DNA from: Guillardia theta CCMP2712
Taxonomy: Eukaryota; Protista; Cryptophyta
Assembly (NCBI RefSeq): GCF_000315625.1
Contig: NW_005434643.1
Coordinates: forward strand, 627,202-687,544
Length of the DNA: 60,343 bases
Reading direction: 5' to 3'
The first letter of the stretch is position 1; the number at the start of each line of letters is the position of its first letter. Shown in pieces: positions 35,801 through 54,519 of the stretch. Made by a program: the position numbers and the translations under genes. The notes under the pieces are model-generated. The model was not told the origin of the DNA, did not search any database, and saw only the letters and a program-made list of their open reading frames with translations.

Positions 35801-36950
35801 TCCTGCCGTTTTCTTCGTCATGGGAGTTGCATACGGTGCAAGGAGGTAGGATGAGGAGGAGGAGGGGCGGGGGGTGGGGAAGGAGGAGGAGGAGAGAAGG
35901 ATAAAGCTGAAAGAGGCCCAATGGAAGAGGAGGCAGTGAGTCTGAAGTTCTGGCAGGCTTTTTCTCTGGGTCATGCGAGAGCCTCCACATCCTCGAAGAC
36001 AGTGAGGAGGAGGAGGAGGAGGAGGAGGAGGAGAAGGAGGAGGAGGAGGAGGAGGAGGAGGAGGAGGAGGAGGAGGAGGAGGAGAGTTGGGGAGAACTGA
36101 GGGGAGGGATGGTAGCAGTAGGAAGTGACTGCCGTTACCTTCAGCCTTGTACAGACTCTGCGCAGCACCGAAAGGCTGCTCATGGACATCAACGAGCAGG
36201 TCAGAGGAGTTGAAAAAGGAGGAGGATCTTTCGTGACCAAGAAAGCAGCAGGCGGAGATCATGCCTGATTGCGATGATGAAGTTTGGGGAAACTTGTGCT
36301 TTCTGGTAAGCAGAAGGGAGAGAATGAGAGAGGAGGAGCGATGGGGGGAAAGGAGGAGGGAGGAGGGAGGGAGGAGGGAGGTAGGAGGAAGTTGGATGGT
36401 CAGAGTTAGGACGTGGGAGGAGAGAGTTGGTTGATAGTCATGCCTGCAGATCGAGAGGATGGAACGACTCGTCTCATACATGCGACTGTCACCTGAATCC
36501 CGGGAGGAGATCTGGTTCTGCTCTATCACGGACACACCACTTTCACCTTCCCTTCTCTAAACCCTTCTCTTCAACTTCTATTCCTTTCCATGCTCTCCCT
36601 CCTGTGATCCCTCCTATCCTCCCTACGTCACTTCGCTTTCTTCTCTTGTTTTCCTTGTTCACTTCCATTGATCCTTCTTCCTCGCTGTCATTCCCCTCTG
36701 GTCGTCTTCATTTTCCTTCCTTTTCTTCATCAATCCATCTCTTTATTACAACATCCTCCTCCTCCCTCCCCTCTTCATTGCGCTCCCTTACGTCCTCTTG
36801 CAGGAGAGATCTTCAGCTTATCTCAAGCATTAAGCCAACATGGGAGAGCAAGAGGGCCTGCATCCGCTTCCTCCTCGACTCCGTCGCGCGAAACACGGTA
36901 TGCTCCCGCCCTCCTTCTCCTCCTTATTGGTACCGCAGACATCGCCTTAA
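32659..36950 (+). CDS. NCA2/DGS1 family mitochondrial protein, multi-exon
   Basis: FVRDHLE|EPAREIYKELF, SRESLERMI, PVSNLLFGDMLQALLIQMQ|SLKANME…LMKANQLSLQ|IMAAVPA follow the NCA2 domain pattern; ends approximate. Confidence 0.8.
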
Positions 36951-37066
36951 TTGTTCGTCATCATCGCCGATCTTTCAGGAAAGAAGCAAGGCAAGAGGAG
37001 AAGGAGGAGTAGGAGGAGCTACAGCAGATGATGAGCTACTCGGTTCCCGCTTGGTTTCGGAAGGGA

Positions 37067-41875
<4,809 letters not shown>

Positions 41876-42588
41876 GTTGGAAAATCTTGTTTCAGCAGTG
41901 CTAGGAGCTTATGTGAACGAGGACGATGCAACGGATCCTGGCCATATATTTTCTTGCTTCCATGAGTCCATGCTCCAGGTTTCTCCGATCGCTCGCACCT
42001 GACTCTACCCCCCCTTCCTCCTCCGCTTCTCTTCCGACATGGCGGGCGCTGTGGCGGGCGTTGAAAAATCTATGGGGCTATTCTTCATGTTGTTTGGTCC
42101 TCATCCCCCAACAGACCAGGCCGCTGATCGGGACCGAGCGGGACCACCCAGGGTCGATCACTGAGAAATGAAAGCGGTGAGGCGGGCATGCGGAACCAGA
42201 AGGGGCATGGCTCATCATCAGGTTTAGAACGGGGTGGGGTGGAACCAAGGTGAAAATAAGGGGTGGGGTACTGGCAGGGAATTTGTCGACGCCATGCTGG
42301 ATATTTGCGATGAAGCGAAAGAATGGACGGGAAGGACGGGGAGGAGGGTGGAGGGAAAGAGCTAGAAGAGAGGATAGAATTGAGGAGATAAAGTGTCAAA
42401 AGGCGAGGAGAGGAGGAGACAGACGATCGATTTGAACACTAGACATCAGGACAAGAAGATGGGAAGTAAAGGAGGATTTGATAGAGGTGAAGCTAGGTCC
42501 TTTGGAGCCAGAAAGCTCACTAGGGACAACATAGTTGGACGTGGCAGCATCCTTCCTCGCGAGCGTTACACTGAGACATCGGTGTAGG

Positions 42589-43955
42589 ATGCTTGCCAGT
42601 CGTGGAGCGGCGGCGTCTATTGCGGTGATCGGGATGCTCCTGGCGATGATACGTGAGACTGCTCGCGATGGGGTGCATGGTGTCAAGTCTTGACACTGAT
42701 GTCAGTTCTTGCCACTCTGAGGGGTCAAGAGTCGTCGGAACTTCAAGGAAGCGACGAGGTGTCATCGGCTCATCAGGCGCGAGTCTTCACCATGCTGCAC
42801 AACATGGCTGCGCTCGCAGCGTGGGTTGTCTCTTGTGCTGCTGCTGTCGTTGATCAAGTGGGATCAGGTTTTGCCAGCACATCGGGAGGGTCAAGAAGCA
42901 GAAGGTCTCGTTTCATTTCGACGGGAGGGCCTGACCTTGTCGTAGGTGATGCCCTGCGGGCCCGGCGCGACCCATCCATGCTGCACAGAGCGACAGCTGC
43001 AGATGCAGAAGATGCAGGGAGGAAAGTCGCAGGTGAGCACATGTTGAATTTAAGTGACCTGACTGCTCCTGTCTCTAGTCCTTCGATTGGGCTGATCCCA
43101 CCACCTGGAGCGGGGCAAAGGTGAGAGAGCATGGCTTTTTCCTCCTTTTCTCCTTCTCCTCGTCCTCTCCTTTTCCTCCTCCTCGTCCCCCACTCCGCTT
43201 CACCTCTTCGTCTTCTCTCTTTTCCTCTCGTCTTGTTGCTCTCTTCTCCTAACTTCCGCTTCCACCTTTTGCTCACCTCAATCGATCTGCAGGGAGCAGC
43301 TGCGCAACACATCGCCAACAAGCACGTGGTGGACAATGGTACCGACCTTGCCAGCACCCGCATGCTCTTATCGACCATGCAGGATGGGCTTCTCCCAGCG
43401 CGGCGCAATGGCAGAACACGATGATGGCTCAGGCGCAACCTGCGCAGTATCCTCCTCCTGCCTACCCGCAACCCTACGGACAGGCACCGGCATATCCTGC
43501 CCAGGCGCAGGGAGGATACTACCCGCACCTACTCCCCGGGCAAGGAGGAGTGCCGGAGCAGGTCAGTTGAAGAGGATGGAAGTGAACAGAAGGTGAATAT
43601 CACGATTAGGGAGCTCCTGCCCCCGCGCAGTACCAGATGCCTTACGCAGCGGCGCAACCCTCCTACGGTAACTACGTCGCGCAGCAGCAGGGTCTGCTCT
43701 TCACCTCCTCATCTCCTTCTACTTTTTGAGCCCTTCTCTCTCCCGTTCTTCGTGCCTACCATTTTCTTTGTGAGATTTCCACTACAGGCCCCAGCATGTA
43801 TCCAGCTGCTGCCCCGAACTATCAGCAGGCCTCCAGCTACCCACAAGTAACGTGGAAGAGGAAGCGTTTACAGCTGATTGTGTCTTAGCAGCCCATGTAC
43901 GGAGCTCCTGCTCCCTACCAGCAGAACTTCTCGCCGATGCAACGCGCCCAGTAGT
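42589..43955 (+). CDS. Putative secreted Pro/Gln/Tyr-rich low-complexity protein, multi-exon
   Basis: Hydrophobic leader MLASRGAAASIAVIGMLLAM; exons such as AQYPPPAYPQPYGQAPAYP and QPMYGAPAPYQQNF separated by short GT-AG introns. Confidence 0.55.
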
Positions 43956-44119
43956 AGTCCAGCAGGTGAGACTCAAAGAGAGAAAGTAGGATGCAGTCGA
44001 AGAGGTGAGAAGGGTTGCCTGTGCTCGGGCAGAGGAGCTGGGAAGGTGTTGTATGCTTATTGGAATGAAAGAGATAGCATGACATCCGTCAGAAACCTTC
44101 ACTCAAGTCACGCGGACGC

Positions 44120-47100
44120 TCAGACGGGAAGAATTCTCCTCATGGCGGTTTGCATCTGCTGCACTCTAGAGGCGAATGAGAAGAATCAAGTGAAAGAGCA
44201 CAAGAAGCGTGAGAATGGCGAGAGAAAGCGAGAAGGAGGGGAACGAGAGAGGGGGCGAGAGGAGGGAAGGAGTTGGGGAGGAGCACCGGAGAGAAGGAGG
44301 ATCAACGTATGAGTAAGGAGGAGGGAGGAGGAGAAGGTGGGTAGGGGCTAGGGAATTTACCGCTGCTGAATCGCTTCCACATCATTCGCATGCTTTTGTC
44401 GCATCCTCTCTTGCAGCTGCTTCACGTCATCGACCTCGTCCGATCTCTCAGCCTCCTCCTGCTCCCCCCGTCACGTACATAGAAGGATCACGTACATATA
44501 ACGATCAACATGAGGCACTTCGAGCCGCTTCTCCTCCTTGGATGCTCCTGCATCCCTACGCGTTCAGCTAGCAACATTTCAAAACTCGAGCTCACCACCA
44601 ACTGCATTAGCTTCATGGAATCTCGATGTCCCAGCACCTTCCCAGCTTCTCCTCTCACCTCGGAGCGACAGAGAGTGCAGGGGCTGACTCAGTCGCTCCT
44701 CGTTCAACTGCCGCGCACTCCAGGTAGCAGAGAGCGAGACCTCGTCCAGCTCGTACTCCTCTTCCTGACAAGCTGTGCTCAGCTGCGAGGAGGGGGACGA
44801 GGAGGAGAGACCTTCTGCTGCAGCTGCTGAGCAAGTGACACGCGTGCTCGGGCATTGGCGTCAAGATTGTCAGCTCGGATCGGCGACCCACGCGAGCTCT
44901 CCCTTTCCCCGTCCTCAGCTGAAGATGTCTCCTCGCTCCGGCCTGTTGCTCTCGCTTCGGCGTAGCGCAGATTCTCAACGTCTCTGTGGAAACTTGCATG
45001 CTCTGCTGGATTTGTTGAGAACTTCCACCTCCCGGGATCAGTCTGAGCAAGAGCCTCGGGGACAGGGAGGGCAGGAGATAAGGCGAGAGACTGAGAGGAA
45101 GAGGGAGGAGAGAAAGAGAAGTTGCCCGAGAGAGGACAAGTAGGCGAAGTTGAAGTCCGAAAGGGCATCACAGGTCCGGCCTCACTGGTGAACGAAGAGC
45201 TTTCTCCCTCCATAATCCCTAGAAACATCACATTCTCAATCCTCGTCACTTTGTCTCGAAATGAGAACTCGTCGCCTACCTCGTCTCAGCAGAAGTCTCT
45301 GATGAATCTGGGAGGAGGGCGGGCTATGCTCGAGGTAGGGAACATCGATGCCATGCGAGGGCTGCTAGCACGACAAGGAGGAGCATCAAGAGAGCAGAAC
45401 CTTCAGGTCAGGTCGACCGAGAATCACCTGCGAGAGTAGGAAGGTGGGACGAGTGGGAGAGGAGGACGCGAGGTCCTCGATCAGCCGGGAAGTGGAGGAG
45501 GCAGAGAGGAGAGGAGCGACGGCTCCTAAAGCAGCTTCTGCAGCCGCGTCGGTCATCATCATCTTGCGGGAGTCGCGGGGAGTGCAGTGGGGAGTGGAGC
45601 CTGTCTCCCAGAGCTTGGGGACCTTAGACGCTGCAAACAGGTCAAAGGCATCAACGCGGGAGGAGCTCTACCTTTGATTTCATTGACATACTTGTTGTCG
45701 TCAAGCTTATGGTGCGGTAGCACATGCTCGCTCGCTATGCCCAACACTCGCTCCCATCGAGCCTCTTCCTTGGCCATCTCGCTTCGTGCTCGACTGTCAT
45801 CCCCTCCGCTCTCAGGGAAACCCTGCCGGCGAGGTGTAGCGTTCTTTCTTCCTCCCTGCAATTCTTGATAATTTTGATGACGAGGATGATTCTGTTCTTG
45901 CTGCTGCTGTTGCTCTTGCGGTGGTTGTTTAAGCTGTTTCGGCTGAGGATTTCTTTGAGAATCTCCTAGTCTTGAAGGCGCTTTGACATTTTCGTTGAGT
46001 GGCAGGAGGTCCCTCAGCGGGTAAGAGAAGTTTGTCTGCTCGCCTAGACTAGGATCAACGAGATCATCAAGACAAGAGGAGATGAAACGAATAAAAAACA
46101 GTCGAAATGGAGGAATGAGACTATTGCAGTCACACAAAACAAACAAAAACAAACAAAAAGCTATGGTGAGCATTTTCAACCTGTGGCGGAAAATCCAGTA
46201 GTCTGTTCTCTCAAAGCTGAAGAAATATGCTTGAGATTTGCTTTGTAAACAAATGTCTCGGGTACAAAGTTAAAGAACATCGCGCCAAGAGAGTTTGACA
46301 TTTCGGTTTGCTTGTGTTTGACAACACAAGCAAACTCGACTAGTTCATGTGGCCTGTTGTTGTTTGAAGAAATCAAATCAGGAAGTTCAATCTTTCTAAT
46401 GAGTGCAACGCAAAAGGTGTAGGAAAAGCAATGAGAAATGAGATAACAGAAACAACAGCAAAAGACGAGAACCAGGATCAACAGAAGGAAATGTGAGGGG
46501 CAGAGAAGACAAAATGAGCAGGAAAACAAAACAACGAAGAGACAGGAAAAGGGAGATCGAAGCGGTACGAAGGTCGAAGGTCAAAGAATAGTCACCTCGA
46601 TGATCGCGCGCTATCTATTTGTCTATTTTTTCTCTTGCTGATTTCTGTTGTTGAGACGCTACGGAGGCGAATCCTATCACCTCGCCGTTGACAGTAAAGA
46701 ACATGACATCCATTTCAAACACCTAAAATTATGGTCATTCTCAACATATGATCGTCCCTCATCTCTCAATGTTTCACGGACAATGCCGACGCCTATCACG
46801 TCTTGATCTACGTTGAACGCTGACAAAGAATCCTCCTCTCCGCCCTCAACTTCATTCGCTCCGTTCTTTTCGTTCTTGTCATAGAAGTGTTTCGGTTGAA
46901 CGCCTCTGTAGAAACGACCCTGGTTGCTCCAAAACACACTTGTCTGGTGCCAACACAATCAGCTTCAACATTTGTTATGGAATCCGATGTAACATTGTTC
47001 CATCAACACCAACAAGCAAGTCATCAAGTCAGATTGCAAGGGCGTCACAGCAAGTCACCTTGAACGACTTCGATCTCTCAGTGTTGGAGTTATACATCAT

Positions 47101-48860
47101 AGCCCCGATCACAACTTGCGCGTCTTTTGGCAGTTTCAGAGATGTTTCGAAGTATCCGACGCCCCTCGGGTGGTGGGCGCTGCTGACCATTGTGAGTGAA
47201 AGAATGCGACCAGGAGGAGGACCTGGGGAAGAAAATGCCGCCATGACTGTTGAGGACGACGACCCTTGACTTCTTCATCGCCCCCACTACCACAACCTCC
47301 TGGTCGAGAGGGGACTTGAGAACATTCACAGCTGCTCCTCGGCTCTGCTTGTCTGGTTCGAATGGTGACAGTTTGGGAAGCTTCGGGATGATCCGACTCG
47401 TCAAGACTTGTATCTTAGCACTTGCAGTGCCCATCTTGTCGATCAGAACAGCATCGTTCAGCTTCTCAAGAGAGATTGCGATGTGAAGCGTCGAGATATC
47501 ACTGAAAACAGTGTCAGGGCTGCATGGCTTCTGAAATAAATAGACTTACGATTCTTGCGCATACTCCAGCGGGAGAGTCTTGACAACAAGCCCATTCTTT
47601 ACAAAGAACATCTGAGAGATGCTTGCATTGATCCCAACCCCGATTCTATCTCCGACTGCAACCTTCGAACTGTTGTTATCCATCCTGTCATCATGTGAGT
47701 TGCCGCTCTGAGGAAACTGAGAATTCACCTCCTCGAACGCCCCGCACATATCAGCTCGCCTCCTGATGAGCAGCAGAAATATCCATAAGACCCTCCACTC
47801 TCTCCTACTCTTATGCTCCCAGTCTCCGTTGTAACCCCCAAACTGACTCCTCCTCCTTCAGCAATGTGCGCTAAAGTCACTTCTACGAAAACCACATCTT
47901 CTCGTCCGCCAAAGCTGCTGGCGAGCAGGACAACTGAAGGATCGGCTGCCGCACTTGCCTTGTACATCTGAGCAGAGCATGAAGATAAGAGAAAGGCAAG
48001 AAATGAGGGTAAGAAGCCAAGTGCAACAGGATAGGAAAAAAAGCAGTAATCGGTTACCAGAGCAGTGTTACTGCCGTCTCCTCCTAAGATCCTCACGGTT
48101 GCTGGAAGCTCATGCGGAAACCCCCGAGCTGTGGGACAGTGTAAGTGCAGGAAGTACAAGGAGTTGAATCGAGCAAGACACGAGATGATGAGGATTGATG
48201 TTGCTGAGCCTTGTCTTGGCAGGGAGGGAAGCGCATCACCAAGCATCGACAAAGATTGACTTGATCAACAGCATAGGCACGTGCCAGAAGAGGAGAAGGG
48301 ACTTTGAGAAACAGCAACAACAAGAACATGGAGAAAGCGAGGCAAAGGTGGGAATGAAAGGTAGTGGGAAGAGAGGAGGAGCGTGTGCGAGGATGAGAGG
48401 AGGTGCTTAGATGCAGCAGAGGGGAGGAGGGGAAGAGAAGGAATAGAAGGAATAGAAGGAAGGAGAGCGGGAGGAGAGCGGGAGGAGAGCGGGAGGAGAA
48501 GCTCTTGTATCCTTCACTGACCCGACATGGCGAGAAGAAGAAATCAGAATCGGTCTCAGAGGGTGTGTAAAGGACCCCTCATATATTGCCTGAAACTGTA
48601 CTGGAATGGACGGTGGGGTTGTCGTTTTGGCTGACGGGGGTCATCGTTTTGAAAGATTTGATGGTCAAGAATGACGTGAGTCAGGTCCGACGCAGCATGC
48701 TCGCAAGAGGAGCAGGAGCAGGAGCAGGAGCAAGAGCAGGAGCAGGATGTGGTGGATAAACCAAGAGAGGGCGACAGAGAAATATGGACAGGCTTCTTCT
48801 GCACCCGATCTTCTCCTACCTTCCCCGGGGCCACTGCGCATATGGATGTATGCAACTCAA
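44120..48860 (-). CDS. Tandem SPRY-like domain protein with coiled-coil C-terminus, multi-exon
   Basis: VFVEVT…VSLGV…VGESGGSYGY…VGDRIGVGIN…MFFVKNG; a second unit with GYFETS…VVIG…QDVIGVGI…FNFVPETF; limits approximate. Confidence 0.65.
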
Positions 48861-48944
48861 ACGATGGCGTGATTTGGCTGAAAACGTGATGGGATGAGGG
48901 ACCAAACGATTGCGCAAGTCTAAGGAGTGGTAAAGAAGGACTGG

Positions 48945-51031
48945 CATGGCAAGTGTGCTACTTGCTAACTCAGGTGCTTGGCTGGTGGCTCTTGTGTTTG
49001 GGCTTGTTTTATTCGCTCTCGTGTTGCTTGTCGTCGTCTACTACTGCAAGGTCCGTCACCTCTTGCTGTCGATGCGACGGTTGACATGACAACGTTGACC
49101 TGCAGGCTCGTGCGTTGACAACCCATGCATCAATCACACAGACAGAACATGCAGCTGAAGCAAGAGGGGAGTTAATGAAAGAAGGTAATCTATTGCTTGC
49201 CCATAAGGCGTATAGAGACTTGATATCAAATGCTTTCTTTGGTTTCCGCAGGTTTTCTCTATGTTGAGGGGCTACAAGGAAAAATGGAGACAAGATGTTT
49301 GATTCAAGTTGAGACAGACAGAATATGGATCAGACATGACACCAACAGTGTTCCGCACAACGAAATACTTGAAAAGCCGAACGTCCGTGTCAAAAACGGG
49401 AACGGTTGTGAATTCTTGCTGGTGTGTGGTGAAACAAAATACATCCTGCGAGCTCAAAGTATTGAAGAGAAGACGGAATGGATGATTGCGTTGCAGAGAA
49501 ACTACCAATTCGCTGAGACAGACTCGATTTCTAGCCAAGAATCTGTCTTTCTTCCTCCGCCTTATTCTCGCAGGCAATTCACGCATCAAAAATCCCCGGA
49601 GCTCACACCTGTTCAATTGGGGGTGAACTCGCTGCTTGTAGGCAATAAGTCAGCAACTATCAAGCGTGTCGCTGTCGTTCGAAACTTCAACGTTGATGGA
49701 ATGATGACACACCATCATCTGGCTGGCATCGGGATTAAATTCACGTACTTGCCCTCTCGCAAGCTTTACGAAATCGTTGATGTCGATAGAAGAGGCCCTG
49801 CTTCTGTTGGAGGGAAGTTGAGGACAGGAGATGTGCTGTTCTCTGTCGACGACAAGCTCATCAAAGAGAAACTTCCGCATGAAATCACCGCTTTAATTGT
49901 GGGACAGCGAGGCAGCATAGTCGTTCTCGGAGTCTCTCGGCAACCACCTGTGGAGATAGACGTATGGGAGCAGGAGCTGAGGTCGAAGGCGGGGCGAGTC
50001 TACGACAAGGGAGTGGAACTTCTTCACGCCCACCACTACCAAGAGGCGACGACTGAGTTTCGACGTGCCGAGGAGATCTGGGAGAATGACTGTGACAACT
50101 CGCTCGCTGCGAGTGTTGCGTATAGGCATCGGGTCTCTGCTATGAGAAAGACAAGCGAGCAGCGAGGTGGAGACGAGTGACCTTGCTTATGCCTCAACTG
50201 ACTAGCGTTACCAGATGAAGTGAAAGAAGCGTATGAGCAGGTGAGGGCACGAGGGGTTGGAACTTTTATCAGTCATCTCCAAGTTGAACAAGAGTCTATA
50301 GGTCCTCTAGTCCTGTCAAACACTCCGTTCTCAACCTCTTCTCTTTCGCAGGCCTCTTTTCAGGGAAATCCTCCTACGATGCCCTTGAGAACTCTCTCTC
50401 TCGCGTGATACGAGCTCCAGAAGATTCCATCTCAAGCTTTCCTCGTGCTGGTGAGACAACAAACTTCTATCCCGCCTCCTGCTCAAAAAGGTCCCTTGCC
50501 CAATGCTCTTTCCCCCTACTCCCTTGTTCTTCTCTTTTGCTCTTCCTCATTTTCAATCTTTCTAAACATGATGGATTCCTTTTCATGCAGGTTCTTTTGC
50601 CCATCATCATGCTGTAAGGCCGCGTGATTGTAGTTTGTTTGAATGACCTCATGCTGTCAGGGGAATACAGACCAACGAAATGATCAGAGGTGAATGTTCT
50701 TGGCTCTTTCTTTGATCCTGACAGTTTTGCAGTGAGTTGTCGACGCGACTCGGTAGGTTACGATGATCTCAGTGTGCTGGGTCTTTTACGTGTGATTTAG
50801 GAGTGCCGTGGGACCATACCATCCGCGAACCTGCATCCGAAGTTTCTTCTCCAAATGAAACTCCGGTAAGAATGATTCTTTTGTTTCCCTCGTCGTGATT
50901 GTAGTCTGAGTGTATGTCCCTGTTCTGGCTGCGGCTGAATCTTCTTGTCCCCGTTCTCGCCCTTATTTGTCCTACTTCACTCGCCCTTATTTGTCCTACT
51001 TCTTTCCAGATTCTGCGTGCGACGTTTGTAA
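48945..51031 (+). CDS. PH + PDZ domain protein with a degenerate RING/U-box-like tail
   Basis: KYILRAQSIEEKTEWMIALQ (PH); GIGI…GPASVGGKLRTGDVLFSVD…IVGQRGSIVVLGV (PDZ); small exons FFCPSSC…ECRGTIPSANLHP. Confidence 0.7.
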
Positions 51032-51310
51032 GAGGAGCTCATCGGCCCAGCCCTCACGTTGACATCTCACAGCGGTGACGTGAAATTGCTCTTGCCTGCC
51101 CCACGTCAACGTTCTTATCCTGTAGGTCTCCGAGTCTTCCACCGTTGAAACCCGTTACAGTCTTGAGTCAAACTCCGACTGGAGTAAAAGTACGTCAGCT
51201 CTCCAGTGCCCCTTCTTCTTAGGTCAGCCCAGGTCACCACCAAAGGCTTCGCGACCTCCTCCCCTCAGGTTCAGGTTGAGATTTGATTCCTCCAACTACG
51301 ACCGTCGCTC

Positions 51311-52704
51311 ATGGCAGTCAGCAGCATCAGGGAGACAACAGATTGGACGAGCATGAAATTGAGCGAACGCAAAGCGGCGAGTGGTATGATAGGAGAAGAG
51401 GAGGTGATGAAAGAAGATGAGCGAAGGAGCAGGGGTACCTTCAGCTCCAAGCAGCCGTACGCCATGAAGGCAGCAGAAGGAGGTTTCTACGGATCTCAGA
51501 GCCTTAGTCTGGCGGACACTTTGGATCAGCAGGTGGCTAAGAGAGGTCAAGGTCAACAAGTAAGTTGCTGGCAGGGGATGGGCGACATTCGGTTCCAGGC
51601 CTCCTTGCCTCATCATGCTCGCCCTGTAAGTTTCCATCAATCTCTAAATCACTCTGCGAGTGCTTCGATTCTCCTTCTTTCATCTCTTGCTTCAGACATC
51701 TGAATGCGATGCTCGTGCTTCTCGATTCAACTTTCTCATTCTCGATGGCAGCTCGCGTCAGGCGTAGAAGAGGCATATTCTCCGTATACAGAAGAATCAT
51801 TCCATCGTAGCTACAGCCATCGAACCAGCTTTCAGGTGCTTTTCGAGGGGTATCACAAAGTTTCACATGATTCATCAGGGGCCAAAGCTGAGCATTCTTT
51901 CGATCAAGGTTTGGCATGCAATCTCGTCCTTTTCTGCCGCCACTTGCGACTGCTCTCCTTCTCCTTTTTCTCGTCCTCTTTCCGTCGTCTCTTTACCTAG
52001 TCGGGCAGACGCTATCAGGCAACCGGGAGCTGCGAGAGCAGATTTACAGCAAGCTGCACGAGAAGTCAAAGGTGAGAGCAAAGGTCTTGCTCGAGCTCAT
52101 TGAATCGGCAGGGAGAACTTCACAATACAGAAACTTTGAGCGAGCAGGTGGATGAATATCTGCGAGAGCAGACCGGGCGACGGCATGTGAGGGCATGAGA
52201 GGCGAGGAGAAGGGAACTGATGATAAGCAGGAGGAGGCGACGAGTTCTTTTCACAAAGTACGTTCGCCGCGACAATCTCAAGCACGAGGACGGGACGAAG
52301 ACATTCACGAGCAGGAGGGCGAGGAAGACGAGCTTGCGTTCATGATCCGTGAGAAAGACATGCAAGACTACAATCAGACGGGCGTCAGCTGGAAAAAGTT
52401 GGATGAGGCTGCTCTTCGGGGTAGGAAGGAAATGTTTGCTCATGGATTCGTGCGAGCAATGAAGAATCGCTACGATGCAGCAGGGGAGGAAGTCAGCGAG
52501 TGCGTGTGGTGCGGCAAGACATTCAAGTCGCTGCGTCAGCGTCGCATCCATGATCTCAAGTGCAAGAAAAGGAGCGAAAGCAAGACTGCCTCGCGAGTCG
52601 TCAGCCCTTCGCTTCTCCGATTAGGGAGCAAGAAGAAGCTCCTGCCCAACGTGGACGAGACTTTATTCACCAAGAAGAAAATATCTGAAGTAGGTCTGTG
52701 TTAG
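51311..52704 (+). CDS. Hypothetical protein with a C-terminal C2H2/C2HC zinc finger, multi-exon
   Basis: CVWCGKTFKSLRQRRIHDLKC in the last exon; upstream exons linked by short introns. Confidence 0.55.
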
Positions 52705-52746
52705 GACTTCATGAGAATTCTTGTCAAACTTTTCTCCTACCCGCTC

Positions 52747-54315
52747 TCATCTCCGACCGACCGCGTCCCACCACGAGTTCCACGTCGGTGACTGACTTGC
52801 TGGCGACATGAGTGTTGTGCTTGCCTTGTAAGCCTGAGGAACATTCTTGTAGGCTTGCCCGCTGCGTGCATAATCCTTCTTTGTAGATGACGTGGCTGGC
52901 ATAGATGAGACGGAGCAGAGGCGTCTGCGGCACTCAAGCTCCCTCCAGGAGCACCAAGCTCTCGAAACCACCTCATTGCTACCCTTATGTCCTCGCTTGA
53001 CCTGCACGGAGATGGCAAGCTGTGCTCGGAGCAGGGAGTGAAAGAGACGCCTCGCCCTGTTCCTCCTCCTGGTCTCATCGACCCAGTACATGAGATACGG
53101 CACCAGGTCAACATTTCTCCCTTGCCTGACAAGCCGCAAGTCCCGTGACCGTTTGTCCCGTGTTCGATTCGCTCTTTCGATCACTGCCCTCCAACATGAC
53201 AGGGAATGCAGGCAGGCTTCCTCTGCCCGGGTTGCAAATCTTGCGTCCACTTTCAGGATGGCATCGTGCCAGAAGAGCCGATGTCGCGCGAGAGCTTCGA
53301 AACCATTCCTAAGCCGTTGAGAAATGATTCGCAACGATCTGCACGTTTCGAAATGCTTGCGCCGGCTCCTTTCTTTTGCCAAGAGGGTCCAGGACATGAA
53401 AGGCATGACAATGTGACGCAAGTTCATGATTCTGGGATTCGTTTTCTCTTGTCGAGCATCTTTCTGCACCTCGATCTCAGACGCACTTGATGGCGCTGCC
53501 AGCCTTGGAGTGAGTTCAAACGCAGGATGTCGCCACGCTGAAAAGAAAATCCAAAGCAAACGACTCTGATTCCGCCTTCTTGTTTCATATAGTTGAGCCA
53601 ACAACTGCAATATTCGTTGAAAACTCGTTCGAAGTGACAGCACAACAAAGCTCCACTTGTCCAATGTCGCATACTTTCGCATCAAATCCGCCTTCGATTG
53701 AATTTCTCTATGTTTCATGCTCTCTCTTTGTAAATCCTTCCATGCTGAGATTGCTTTTCGAGTACAATTCAAAATCATGCGAGACTGTGAGTAACGGAGC
53801 CTTAGCCGCAAGTGGAGAAATGATTGCCATTGCAAAAAAGATTCGTGTAGAAGTGAACAACACACTCTGTATTTTCCAGGAGTGCGGCGGTGAGAAGGAC
53901 ATCTCGCATGCTTCGCTGGCAGGGAATCTTCTTGTGCAAGTCTTCCTGACGGAGGGTGCTTCGTTTCAGCTTTTGCACAACCTTGAGATTGAAGGCAAGC
54001 GTCGAGAATAACAAAGTTGGAAGGAAGTGAAGGAAGCAGAGTCTCCCTTGATTCCGTGAAGAACTGGACGATTTGAAGGGCCACACTCAATGCAGATTCT
54101 TTGTCGTCGTCAACATCGCTCATGACAATATACCACAACATGTCTCTTGATCCCGACATTCGGGTTTCTTCCAGGATCATTGCAATCCTCTGCTTTGCGA
54201 TCCTCATTCTGTCGACAAGCAATGCCTCGAGGCTTCGTTTGATTTGTCGGCGGCTGGTAACATGAGGAGCAGCAGGGCCTGATACTCGCAACCTTATCGT
54301 CAGAGTCTCCTCCAT
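52747..54315 (-). CDS. Sfi1-like Trp-repeat helical protein
   Basis: 522-aa intronless ORF with periodic F/L-x-x-W-R/K motifs (FLQWQ, ISAWK, FSAWR, FMSWT, LSCWR, WCSWR). Confidence 0.6.
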   Translation of the reverse strand: MEETLTIRLRVSGPAAPHVTSRRQIKRSLEALLVDRMRIAKQRIAMILEETRMSGSRDMLWYIVMSDVDDDKESALSVALQIVQFFTESRETLLPSLPSNFVILDACLQSQGCAKAETKHPPSGRLAQEDSLPAKHARCPSHRRTPGKYRVCCSLLHESFLQWQSFLHLRLRLRYSQSRMILNCTRKAISAWKDLQRESMKHREIQSKADLMRKYATLDKWSFVVLSLRTSFQRILQLLAQLYETRRRNQSRLLWIFFSAWRHPAFELTPRLAAPSSASEIEVQKDARQEKTNPRIMNLRHIVMPFMSWTLLAKERSRRKHFETCRSLRIISQRLRNGFEALARHRLFWHDAILKVDARFATRAEEACLHSLSCWRAVIERANRTRDKRSRDLRLVRQGRNVDLVPYLMYWVDETRRRNRARRLFHSLLRAQLAISVQVKRGHKGSNEVVSRAWCSWRELECRRRLCSVSSMPATSSTKKDYARSGQAYKNVPQAYKASTTLMSPASQSPTWNSWWDAVGRR

Positions 54316-54519
54316 CTGCCGTCCGACGGTCAGCCCTCAACCCATATGCCATCAAACTTATTCAACAGGCTCTTCTCTCTCAATCCTCTCTCCCTCCCCC
54401 CTCCCTCCCTCCCTCCCTCCCTCCCTCCCTCCCTCCCTCTCTCTTTCTCTCTCTTTCTTTCAGGGCCCACGCCTCTTGTCATGTTTTTCTTCAACTTTGA
54501 CTTCTTGAAATCACGGTGG

